The notes under the pieces are model-generated. The model saw nothing but the letters and a program-made list of their open reading frames with translations. It was not told where the DNA came from and ran no database searches. Positions 35,501-47,500 of a DNA stretch of 64,000 nucleotides are shown here, piece by piece; the stretch's first letter is position 1; each line of letters opens with the position of its first letter. The translations under genes and the position numbers were made by a program. The stretch spans positions 55,490,001 to 55,554,000 of the forward strand of contig CM052821.1 in assembly GCA_028534125.1 (NCBI GenBank), given 5' to 3'. Source of the stretch: Lama glama (lineage: Eukaryota).

Positions 35501-38500
35501 CTGGCGCCACGCCGCGCCCTCGGAGGCCCCTCGGCCGGCACGGCCCCCCTCCCGCCTCCGCTCGCACCCCCTCCCTCGTCAGAGCTCTTCAGACCCTCCG
35601 TGTCTGTGCCCAAGCCCTGCAGGGAGAACCTAACGATTCTGCGTGGTCCAGGATCCCTGCTTTAAGGAAATACTGGGACAACGGGCGAACCTGAGTAAGC
35701 ACCCAGGTTGGTAACAGCGGGTGCCGGTGTTCACCTCCCGGGTTTGATCGCTGCGTTAAGTCCCGTAGGAGAATAGCCTCACTTTTTTAGGAAATGCACA
35801 CTGAAACACTCAGGGGCAAAGGCGATCATGTCTGTCACGTATTTTCAAGTGATGGGGGCAAAAATCCATAGGTAGGTAGTAAGAATGAAAAGGAAAACAC
35901 GTGACTCTGAACTTGTCGGCCTTTCCTGAGTTTCAAGCAGAAGCACGTTTGCTTTCACAGCACGGGGGAAAAATGTAAGCAAAGGGAGTGAAGGAAACAA
36001 GGACAGATGAGTAAAGCTTGATCCGCATTTACCGTTTATCAGCCAAGATGGAAGGACACGCACTCACCCGTCATACTTGTCTATACTGAGCTCATACAAG
36101 CTCTCCTTGGCGTGGTTGGCACGTTCGGTAACTACGGAGGGAAAAACAACACTGCGTTGTGCAGTTTACGTTCAAAGCTGTAAATCCCACGTGAAATAAG
36201 AGGCGAATAAACCACGCTTCTAAAGCGAGGTCCTATAAAATCTTCAGGAGGGTTTCCTGCAAGAAACGCCTTCTCTGGTCTTACCCAGATCCTTTCCACG
36301 GAAAGGCTCCCTCACCCAGGGGGCCACGACCCTCAGAACATTCTACTGGTAGACGTCACGTTCCTGGCATTTAACTGCCCAAAAGTGACTTTCTGGAGAT
36401 AGATTACATCTTTTATCTTACAGTTTTCCCTTCTTATCCAAGTCACTTTGAGAGTTTCAGACTATACCAAAACGCAGGAACAGGAGAACGCCAGCGCATG
36501 GCCTCAGTGCTCCATGACAAACCCCCGAACTTCCCCCGCACACAGTTCTGCGTCCCTGTGCCCCCAGCGTTTTATCGTGTCACCGTCTCCGTTTCATCAT
36601 CACGGGTTCCTGTAAAGGCCATTTTAAAGAGCTGCTGCTGTTCCTCCAGATTCACTGCGGGGGTATCGTTATGCTTCCCGTCTGGAGGGGCGAGTGGTCT
36701 CCAGCGATTTGCTTTCACACAGTGTGACCGTGCACACCTGTGCGCACTGCTCTCTGCACGCAGCTGACTGCTTTTCTAGGGAAGTTTAGAAAGCTCTTAA
36801 GCCTGGGCAAAGCCCTCTCCGCTCCGAGGCTCTTGACCCGCACGGCCAAGCGGCTCTTCAGTGAATTGACATGAAACCCTCAAAGCTCTGGGGGGGGGAG
36901 GCCCTCTCCCAGCTGCCTCCCGGCACCAAGAACCTGCTCTGAGACTCGGCGCCGCCGCGGCACCGCGCCGTGTTCCTAAAGACGTTACTCCTGAGCCCTA
37001 CTCATCGCTGGTAACTCCTGCAAGAACTCCCTGCCCGGGACCTGTGTCCTCTGTCCTCCTGTGTTTCTCCAGCGCTTTGTACACTGAGCCTTGGCTAGAG
37101 AAGTCTGCACTCTTTATCTTGTGTTCTTCTCATTCTGGTGTGCAAAAAAAATGCTGTTTTAAAATGATCTTATCCGTCAGGCTCTTCCCTGGCGCCCCTC
37201 TCCGAGGGGCTCAGGCAGGAGCGCGCGCCCAGCTCACCGATGATCTCGGTGGAGACGGAGGCCAGCGTGAACAGCGGCGCCACCTTCCGGTCGTAGATGC
37301 GCTTGCCTTGCCCCTTCCCGCCGAACGGGTTGATGAACACCAGCAAGTGCTTCGGTCTCGAGGCTGCAAGACAGCAGGGTACATCACAGTGCACGTGAGG
37401 GGCAGTCAACACGATGACCTGAGCGACTGAACAGGGCCCCAGCCCTGGTGCTCCCAGAATTCGGCTCAGTGTCGTGTGGTGAAAGGCATTCTTGAGTTAA
37501 AGAACAGCGCACGGAGCTTCCTTATCCATGAAGAGACAACAGCGGCAGGCAGCACAGGCTGCCGGGCAGGGGCCTGGCCCCCCGGGAGGGGCGGTGAGGG
37601 CCCCGGGAACGCAGGATGCCGCCTGGGACAGACTCCGGACGAGGAGCCGGCAAGATGCAACTTCTGGAAGGCAGCAGCCTCATTCTGCTCCATGTCAAGG
37701 GACTGGACCGCAGAGAACGAGAGACACAGACGTCCAGCATTAAGAGGGCAAGACAGATGGACAGGCACAGAGAGCGCTCGGCATGGAGACGCAGAGAGAC
37801 AGAAGGACAGCGGGACAGCAGGCGGCCTCCCCGGCCCCAGTTCGCCTCCCACACCCGGGTCTCCTGAATTAGCCCTGTTCCTCGTAAGCTCCATGTTTCT
37901 GTCTGGGTCAGTTCAAGTACATTCTGACACTTAAAAACCAAATCTAACTAACACCTCGATAAGAGTGGCGAAAAGGTACAGACCCAAGAAAACAGACAGC
38001 CTAGGTCCACGCGGAGTCCTGCCCACCAGCACTCACCGCGGCACGACTCACAGCAGCCAGAACAGGCCCACCACCCGACGACCGGGTACACGGACGTGGC
38101 CGAAGGAGTATTACTCAGCAGCAGAAAGGAACGAGCCACTGATACGCTTACCATGAGAAGAACTGTCAGGGCAGTGGTGCTGACAGAGGGGAGCTGATGC
38201 AGAACAGCTCCTCTTACTTGATTTCGCGCATGTGGCAGAACTAACACATGACAACAGTGACAAAAGGAAAAAGGAGAGAGAGAGTCAGACCGGTGCTTGT
38301 CTCCGGACCGGCTGGGAAGGCTCATGGGTGATGCCAGGCTCACAGGGGTTGGGTCACACGGGGACACGTGTGCTTCAAAATTCGTTGATTTAAAGCTACG
38401 ATCTGTCCCTGTCATCCCAACCATGTACACAGGTCAATTCCAAATGGACTGCAGCTCTGAACATGAGAGGTAAAACAGCTTGGAGGCGAACACATCTTCA

Positions 38501-41500
38501 CGGCCTTGGCCTAACTAGGACACAGACCAACCACACAGTTAAAAAACAGACAAACTGAACTGCGTCAAGATTAACACTATCTGTTCATCAGCAGAACGAA
38601 GAGTGTGTGGAAGCACAAGCCACACAACGGGAGACGTTCAAAACTCCAAGACACGATTCAGATCCACAACATGTGAAGAGTCTCTGTGCGTCATGAAGGC
38701 AACCCAAGGGGAGATCGGACAGAAGACTTGGACAGACACCTCACAGGAGGATTTCCAAACGGCTCACGAACACAGCAGCACATTTCTCAACTCAACCAGC
38801 CGCTGGGGAAACGCAAATCAAAGCCACACCCGAGACTGCCAGCACCCACCAGAGTCTGGCCCCTGCTGGGGGGCGTGGCCCGGGACTCCCGGCGCGGGGG
38901 CAGTGTGGCCGCGTCCACTGAGGCTGAACACGCACCACTGGCCCAGCAACTCCCTCCCCAGGGGCCGCACCACGAGACATGGGCTAGAATGTTCGGAATG
39001 GCCATGCCAGGAAGCTGTCCAAATGCCCGTCAACAGTACAACGGCTGAGTAAGTGGCCAGACACTCCGCCCCTGGGACACGATGCAGCCACGAGAGCAAG
39101 CCACCGACACCACGTGTGACCGTGTGGACGAGCTTCGTGCAAACCAGAATGAGAGTGTCTGCTGTGTGAGTGACTCACATGTGGAACTGAGTGCGCCCAG
39201 GGGTTTAGTCAGGGGACGGTCACCTCTGGGTGACTCCAGGGGGCAGGGGCCACGGGGGGCTGGCAGTATTATCCCTGGATTTGGGGCTCAGTGTGTGAGC
39301 TGCACACCCCGGGTCCAAGGACTTTCAGTAACTACGTTACCCCTCAATGAAACATGAAGTAGTCACACAACTGGACTTAAAATGACAGCGTGACTGAAAA
39401 AGCAGAATCGCACAGTATTTCCAGACACAGGCAGACTGCAGCAGGAGTACAACCGCACAGGTTTCTCTGTGAATTACACAGAAAAAGTAATGCCGCCATC
39501 GGCAGGAGGCAGCGCAGAGGACTCTCTTGGAGCCTGAATGGACGGCATCAGGCCGCGTCTACAGGCTGAGTCTCATGAAAACCACGCGAGGGCAGGGGCG
39601 GAGAGCGCTGGTGAGGATGAGCAGGAAGGGTCTAGAGGAAGGGGGAGGAGGTGGCAGGGGAACTGGGGCACCTCCTGTCCAGACCTGGTCAGAAGTCCAG
39701 GAAGGCCAGCAGAGGCCGGGCGGCCGCGGCCCGGGACGTGCGCGGACAGCAGGACGCGCTGGGGAGGCAGCGCGCAGTGGGCGCCCGGCCCCTCCGCCCG
39801 GGTGCGACCCCAAAGATGGGCTTTTCCCAGCAAGGGAGTCTCACTGAAGCTGCGTGGGAAATGCGTGGGAACGTGGGAAATTAATTTAAAAAGATGTAAA
39901 GCCAACCTAAACACACGTGCGTTCCCTCCTCTGGGTGAAGCCGGCACCGAGCTGCCGAGACCGTGTGTTAGGGCTGTCCCCAGACACGAGCCGGCGCTGC
40001 AGGCGCAGCCTGAGTGACAGACACCACCTCGTTACGCAGCAGGAACCCGCGGCCCAGACGTCCAGGCACACCCCGGCCCCCTGGTTTAATCCCCACAATC
40101 GCCCAGGGGGCAGGTATCCCCGCCCCACCTCCCGGGGAGACACCCAGCCTAGCGGCCCAGGCCTGGGGCGCCTCGCACGTACTCAGTTTCGCCAGCAGCT
40201 CCCTGAGGGTCTGCAGCCACAGGTGGAGCAGCTGCTCGTCGGCACAGCAGAAGGTCACCTGCGCCCGCCTCCAGCGGTGCCTCCGGGCCCTCCTCACACG
40301 ATGCACTGCGCGGAGAGAACACGAGTGGGCTGGGCGCCCTGCGCCACAGCAAGCCCCAGGCCCACCCCCCGAAAACGCCCCAAGGGTCCCTCTTCTTCTG
40401 ACTGGTTAGTAACTTCCCAAGTACACAGGGAAAGGATCCTACTTCTCAATTCTTTGAAGTCACGTAAAAAAAAAAAACCAAGAAAAAAAGATGAACAAAA
40501 CACCAAATGAAAGTAGAACTTAAAAAAAAAGACACAAGGAAGTTTCCACAAAGACAAGCCAAGGACCCAACAAGTTTGTTAAGCCAAGGCTTGTTAAACA
40601 AGTCACCGCGAAGCCCCCTTTCCCGTCACCTGCACGGGGCCACTGACGAGCAACTAGGCCCCATCACCTGTGAAGGCGTAGGGCTTTTCCATCTTCTGCC
40701 ATTTCCCGCTGCTGTAGTGCTTCCCGTTAATGTCGGTTTCCTCCACGGTGATGATCTCGGAGATGGGCACAGAGCACGCATCTGCAAAGACACCACACCC
40801 TCGTGTCAGGCGGGTCACAGAGTCCACACCAGCACGAGCACGGCGACTCCAAAGCGCCTGGACATTCTGCTTTGAGAATCTCACTAGAAATGCAAGAGGA
40901 AGAGGGAAGGTTAGATGCAATTTTAAAACTCAGAGCTAAGAAAGTTTGGGAAACTCAACGTTATCAGAAGACGGGCTATTGTGTCCATAATCACCAAACG
41001 CAGGCTGCGACTTTCCCAGGCCAGCTGTGCTGAATTTGGGGAAAGATGCCAGTAAGAGTCTGGCTCAGATATCAAGTGTTAAAGAGGCACGTAACAGACC
41101 TGGGGACAACCAGGACCTGGGACACCTGGGTGTGCACATGAGTCACATCAGGGCAGGGCGGGGGTGGCAGGGGGTCTGGAAAGGCCTGGGTGGGTCCAAA
41201 CACCAATCAGATACAGGGGAGTCTTGGGTGGACCTAGGGATGACGGCACAGGGCATCCTCTGCTACAGGAAACCAGGAGGAGGCCAGCTCCACCGAGAGC
41301 CGCAGGACAGGGACAGTCCTCACAGCAGGACGCCGGCAGTCAGGCCTCCAGGTCAAGCTGGACATAAACGCAGCCGTGGGAAACATGGGATGACAGCTTG
41401 GAGCTGAGGCGGGGGCTGGAGAGAACTCCCCGGTGTGAACAGACTACCTTCCTTAGCCCACCGGAGAGCCCAGCGGAGTCGGCGCCTGCTTTTACGCGGG

Positions 41501-44500
41501 ACAGCCTAGCTCGCGGTCAGGCCCCAGGTTGGCTGTGAAACCTGTAATACAGTAAAGTTCTGTATTTTTGTAACAGCAAAACAGAAAAATAAATGCTGCC
41601 GTAACACTTGAGGTAACCTTACATCATCTTTAAAGTCGTTGTCTATGGAAACCAACTTATGAGAACCCCCTCCGAGGGCCTAAAAGGCTGAGAGCAGGGC
41701 CACCCCACCCGACATGCTGGGGAGGGGCGAGCAGGAGGAGGAGTCGGCCTCAAAGGGTGAGTGGGCGGGGCTGCCAGGGCCCCACCCTCAGGCACGCCTG
41801 CCCCGTAGAGCCTCAGACCCAGGTCTGCCCCCCACCCCCCGCTGATTCCCCCTCCCTCAGGCCCCCCACCCAAGCAGCCGGCTGCTGCCCCTTTGTCTGG
41901 CCCCTTCTCCCCTGTGGTCAGCGTGGGCGCGGGATAGCCCCGGGGGCTCAGCGGGGCACCTGGACACCCACACGCCAGCTCTGGGACCCTGGACAGAGAC
42001 CTGAAGGAGGCACGGCCAGTAGCCAGAGGCTGCGGGGAGAGAAGCAGGGGGCCAGGGGAGGGCGATCGGAAACGGGGTGGGGGGCCCAGGGAGGGGACGT
42101 GATGACACTGCAGGTGGAAGGCTTGGAGTGGAGGGCAGTCCGACCCTCCTCCATCAGACACCACCATCCGCTGGGCCTCAACTTCAGACGACACGTGGGG
42201 CCGGTCGCGTTGAAAACGTCAAGATCAGGGTGAGAAGGGCTCCAGCAGGAAACGCTGGTAACGGCGGTGGCTCCCTTCCTGCCTCCAGGGGGCTCCCGCC
42301 CGCTGACCAGAGGCCATATTCCTGCTCTAGGCCACTTGGAGCTTCCTCATCTCGGTGTTCCACCCTAGTCTGCAAAACCTTCATCTCTAGTTAGGAGGCA
42401 TCAGGAGTCCAAGAGAGTCACTGAGAAGCTCTGAATGACGCAGACTGTCCCACTAAGAGAGACTACAAATTAGCAATCTCTAGTCCCGCTAATTCAGTTT
42501 GACCCGAAGAATCAATCACAGGCCACAGTGGAGGCCCCTGAGGGAGAGGAGGACACCGAAAGCCTCAGCTCCCCAGGCGTTTCCCGGCACCAGGGCTTCT
42601 CCCCACCGGCCCCTCCTTGTGGTGCGGCCATCCTGGGTGCCGCAGGATTTGGGCAGTATCCCTGGGCTCCAGCCACGAATGCTGGGGGCGCCCACCCCCA
42701 CACTGCCAGCGGTTGGCCAGTGTCTCCCGAAGGCAACGTCCCTGATTGAGAACCAGGGCCTCACGAGGTGTGTTTAGCAACCCTTCTTTAAACAGAAAGC
42801 AGGGAAGCAAACCACGGCCAGCCCCGGGGACACGGACCAGCTGACGTGGCTGTCCTGCTCCCCCCGAACACTCCCACATCACAGACCCCAGGAGGGTCCC
42901 TGGAAAGCGTGTGTATCCCACACCCGTCTTCTCCGCTCCTCGCCCCTCCTGCACCCCGGCCTGGTGAAGGCTGCTCTGTCCACGTGCTCCTGCGCCCACA
43001 AGCCAGGCCCCTCCCTGACTCCTCCCTGTCCCCGGGCGGCGGCCCGCTTTCTGCTGGGGTTCACCCCCCACCAAGCACCTTAGACACAAATGTGAACCTG
43101 GCTCCGTCCCACCCGGAACTTTCCGTGGCTCCCCTGGCCGCTCAGCGTGCAGGTTAATTCAACAGCCCAGGCCGGGGGTGTGGCCGCCCGCCCACCTTCC
43201 TGGCCAAGCCTGTGGGGAAGGGGGCGGCCGCCCCGCCCCAGCACGCACAGCACGCAGGGCCGCTGCTGGGCCTGACTGCATGCCGATCCCAGTGCCTGCA
43301 CCTGCCCTGACAAACATTGAAACAAAACAACTGTCAGGATAGTCAGCCACCGCGTGTGCCCTCAGCAGAGCTCGAAGATTTTCAACCAAAGTTCAGCAAA
43401 TCATAGAACAGCCTTGTAGGAACGGCACAGCTCTACCGGCAGCATTTGTAAGGTCTACCACCCCAAAGTACTAAACCAAACGACCTTTCTGGGGCAACTT
43501 TTTAACATTCCTGAGATGGAAAAGGGCGTGCAACTGGGGCAACAGCCACCCCAGGACCAGGCCTGGTGACGGTGGCCAACCCCACTAGGAGCCAGTCCTC
43601 CCGTGCCCCCCCCGGGGTCCCCACGGCCACCCTGAGTGGGCACTGAGCCAGGGGAAGATGACTGCGCCCCCCCAAACTTCCCTTCATGTTTGGGCAGCGT
43701 CACACAAAAGGTGGAGACCCCAGGCCCCCCACACCCCGGCAGAAGCCAGGGCCCGAGCCCGGGGCGGTGGAAGGGCCAGCAGCCGGGCTCTGGGTGCTGA
43801 TTCAGTGACGCCTCCCAGGCCAGCAGGGCCACCGTGCTGCGTCCACGGAGGGTCTCCAGCTTGAAAGCCGAGCCACCGGGGGGTCACCTAACGAGGTGAG
43901 AGGACGATGAACGCACCGAACATCCTGAGTGCCGCTGGTACCAAGTCTGGCTCGTCCCGCCGGACGCGCGGCGAGCCGGGGAGCCGAGGTCTGCTGCGGG
44001 GATGGCTTGCTCGCGAGGCAGCCTCGCGAGGGGACGGAGAGCCGCAGGTGCCCCAGGCCATGCAGGGGCGTTGGCGAGGGGAGCGTGGGGACGGGGGCGG
44101 GGAGGTGCCTTGTCGTCAGGCACAGGTGTGCCCGGGCTGCAGGCTCTGCACGTGCCCAAACGGGGCCCTGGCGCCACCTGAGGGGGTGGTCTTCGGCCCT
44201 GTGATGCCCTGAGGTCACCGCGCAGGCCCAGTGGAGGGTCGCGGGCCTGTGCGGGCTCCACCAGCTCAGCTGACTCCAAGTGCACTGGCAAACAGCTCGG
44301 GCAAGCAGCTCGCTGCTGGGACCGTGCTGGGGGGAGGACGCGCAGGCCTTAGCACGAGCTGAACTGGTGGGGGCAGGTGCAGCGGATCTGACTCAGCACC
44401 TGCCATCTCACCAGCTGACCCCCCGCCCGTCTGCTGGCAGGCCCACACCCCCGGGGCTCTGCGTGTGCACGTGCGTGTGGGTGCTGCAGACGTGTGCATG

Positions 44501-47500
44501 TGTAGCTAGGGAAGGCGGGGGACCCAGGACACACTCGGCCTTCAGCTGGACCCACTGGCCCAGCTCTGACCACCACACCTCCTCACACTCAGGCCTCCTC
44601 CCCTGGGCTCACCGTACACCCTCGAGAGCCAGCGGTGACAGACGTCCCACAGAAGCACCAAGAAAACCAACCCACGGCCAAATGGCTTGGACACAACTTC
44701 CACGAAAATCCTGTCCCACCTTCTCAAACTCATCAGATCCCAAGAATTTGTTGCCACACCTGTGATCTATGGGCATCACTGAAGTTTTAACCGCAGGCAG
44801 CATGGTCCTCGCCGGACACACAGTCCACAAGCACACCCTTGGGGACACTGACTCTGTGCCTCCGGCAGCAACTCTTGCTGGTACCTGGAGGGGATGCTTA
44901 CAACCTGCGGGACAGGTAGACGAGGCCCTGAGGACGTGCATCCTGTCGGAGGCTGAAGGGTCTTGGACATTTAAGAGAGAACAAACTCCTCCCACCAGCG
45001 AACAGCTCGCTCGGTGCCAGGGTCCAGCGGGCAGTGCCCGGCGCACTCCACACACTGGTGCCTGGTCCTCCCGCCGGGCACGGGCGCTGGGCCCCCTGCA
45101 GACCACGGGGACCCTGAAGGCATCCATCCCAGGTGTCTGTGTTCTCATCCCAACGTGGTTTCAGTTACTTCTGGTCTTGAAAATGCCCGATTTATAACCC
45201 CACAGAAGAAAATTGTTTTGCTACCCCCTGCGGATATTGCGAAGTTTGAGAAACAGCCGTTTAGGAAGAGATGCTCATGAAACAAAGAGCCAAAGAGATG
45301 CTATTTATCCCTGACGACAAGACTGCCCTTCCTGGGACAGCAGGCGTTGGCTCCCGAGTGATGGGAAGTGTTGGGAAGGAAAACGGTAGACGGACAGAAA
45401 GAACCATCTGTGTCGAGCGTCATCACACCCGGCGTGTCTGCGGTGAGGAGGCCGTGGGGCCACAGCCACGTGGTAAAAATGCGTGGCGGGGGAGGGGACA
45501 GCGCAGGGGTGGAGCGCGTGCTCAGCCTGCACAAGGTCCCGGGCTCAGTCCCTAGCCCCTCCGTTAAATAAATACAAAAGTAAACCAAATTACCTACCCT
45601 CCCCAAAAAAACTTAGAAAAAAGAAAAGAATGCTGTAATAAATGCCGTGTCTGCTGGAGGTGCTTCCCCCTTTCATCCACCCCTAACTGGGTATTAAGCT
45701 GCATTCGGTACGATATTACAGTTTAGGACACGTGTGATCAAAGTACAATTTAGGATAATTTTTTTAAGTTTAGAACTGAAATTTTAAGTAGAATCAGCTT
45801 TTGCCACGCTGCAGACACTGAGCAAACTCAAAATAAAACCAAATAAAATTAGAAAAATTGATACTCACCTGGTATTTTTATTTTATACTGTTAAACATCT
45901 TAAAACCTAATCTCCACATGTGACTCTCATTTTGGTCATTTTTAATCACTGGTAATAAAGTCTACCATTGATCTGACACATCACCAATTCCAAAAGCAGC
46001 ACAGAAGGAACTTACAAGGTTTTACGGGAATCTGTGACCCACAAATAACTTGCCAGGGTGTGAAGCAAGTTCTAACCACACATGCACACGGGGCCACCTC
46101 TGTCCGCCAGTCACGCTGCTCCTGCCTCTGGAAATGGTCTGTCTGCACACCTGGTACCCCGCCCCCAGCCCACACCAGATACACACACACGACATACGCT
46201 GCACACACACACATCCCACCAGATACGCACACACACACGGCCACCTGACTCGCGCAGGGTCCCCTGCTTCTCAGCGCACACACCATCACCTGGCTGGGGC
46301 CGCCGGGCCCTCCTCCCTCACCCGTGAGTCGGCCTGGCCTGCAGACGCTTTTCTGCCTCCTACTTGGTGGCAGCTCCCGAGGGCGGCTCTGCCTGTTCTG
46401 CTCAGAGCTGTGTGTGTCCCCCTCCCAGTCCTGGTCTCCGTGTCCCGCTTCTCCGCACGGTTTCGCTGGCTCCCCCCGGAGGCGGGTTGGTAACGGCAGC
46501 AGCGGCGGGCGCCCGTGAGGGCATCCCCGTGCCGAGTGCATAAGCGCCCGTAACCCTCCCAACAACCCGGAAGGCGCGTGTCAGGACCCCTGCCCGACGC
46601 ATGGGCTTCTAGAAGGCTTTACAGATCCTCATCTGACTGGTGCTCAGGTCACAGAACACGTCCAGGCCAGGGACAGGAAGTGCCACGGCCAGGGCAGGCT
46701 TCCGGCAAATCTATCAAGTAATGTTTCCTGTCCTCACGCAGAGGTTGAAGAGAACCTGCCCCACCGTCCCCACCGGCCACATCCACGCCAGCGAGCCCTC
46801 CCAGGCTGTTACATGGCATCACGTCCGGGGGCAAAGCCGAGCTGCAACTTTCCAGACCCAACTCTGCAGATGCATGTGGGGCTGAAGGCAAACGTTGCTC
46901 CGTGGGGGCTAAGCCTGGCCTGTGTCCCCAGGTGTCCCCTGCGAGTGCCAGCAGACCTTCTGGAACGCCCTGCTGTGCTGGGGTCCCCTCCTTATCACTG
47001 TCAACACCCGCTTCACTGTGTTTTTTGTGTTTTGTTCTGTTTTTTTCGGTCACATAGAGCTTTATTTGTCACATGGTAACTACTTTGAAAATTAGGTCCC
47101 ATCATTAAAATTTAGGGCCACAGTATCTAATGTTCTGTTTTCTTTTTGAGTTATAGTCAGTTTACAATGTTGTGGCAGTTTCTGGTGTACAGCAGTTTTT
47201 CAGTCGTACATGAACATGTATATGTTCATTTTCGTATTCTTTTTCACTGTGAGCTACCACAAGATCTTGAATATATTTCCCTGTGCTGTACTCACTTCAC
47301 TTTGAAAACCAGAGTCAGGTAGAGCATGCTGGCGTCGTGCGACAACCCACACACCCAAGAGTCAAATTATAGTCACTTAGTGACCATGTGGCCACACTGC
47401 CCAGAGACTGGAGACACAGTGTCCCCAGGGGGCTCAGCACCAGCGGGGGTGGGGGCAGCGTGGCCCGCATCCAGGCGACAATGCTTTCAGACGCGATCCG

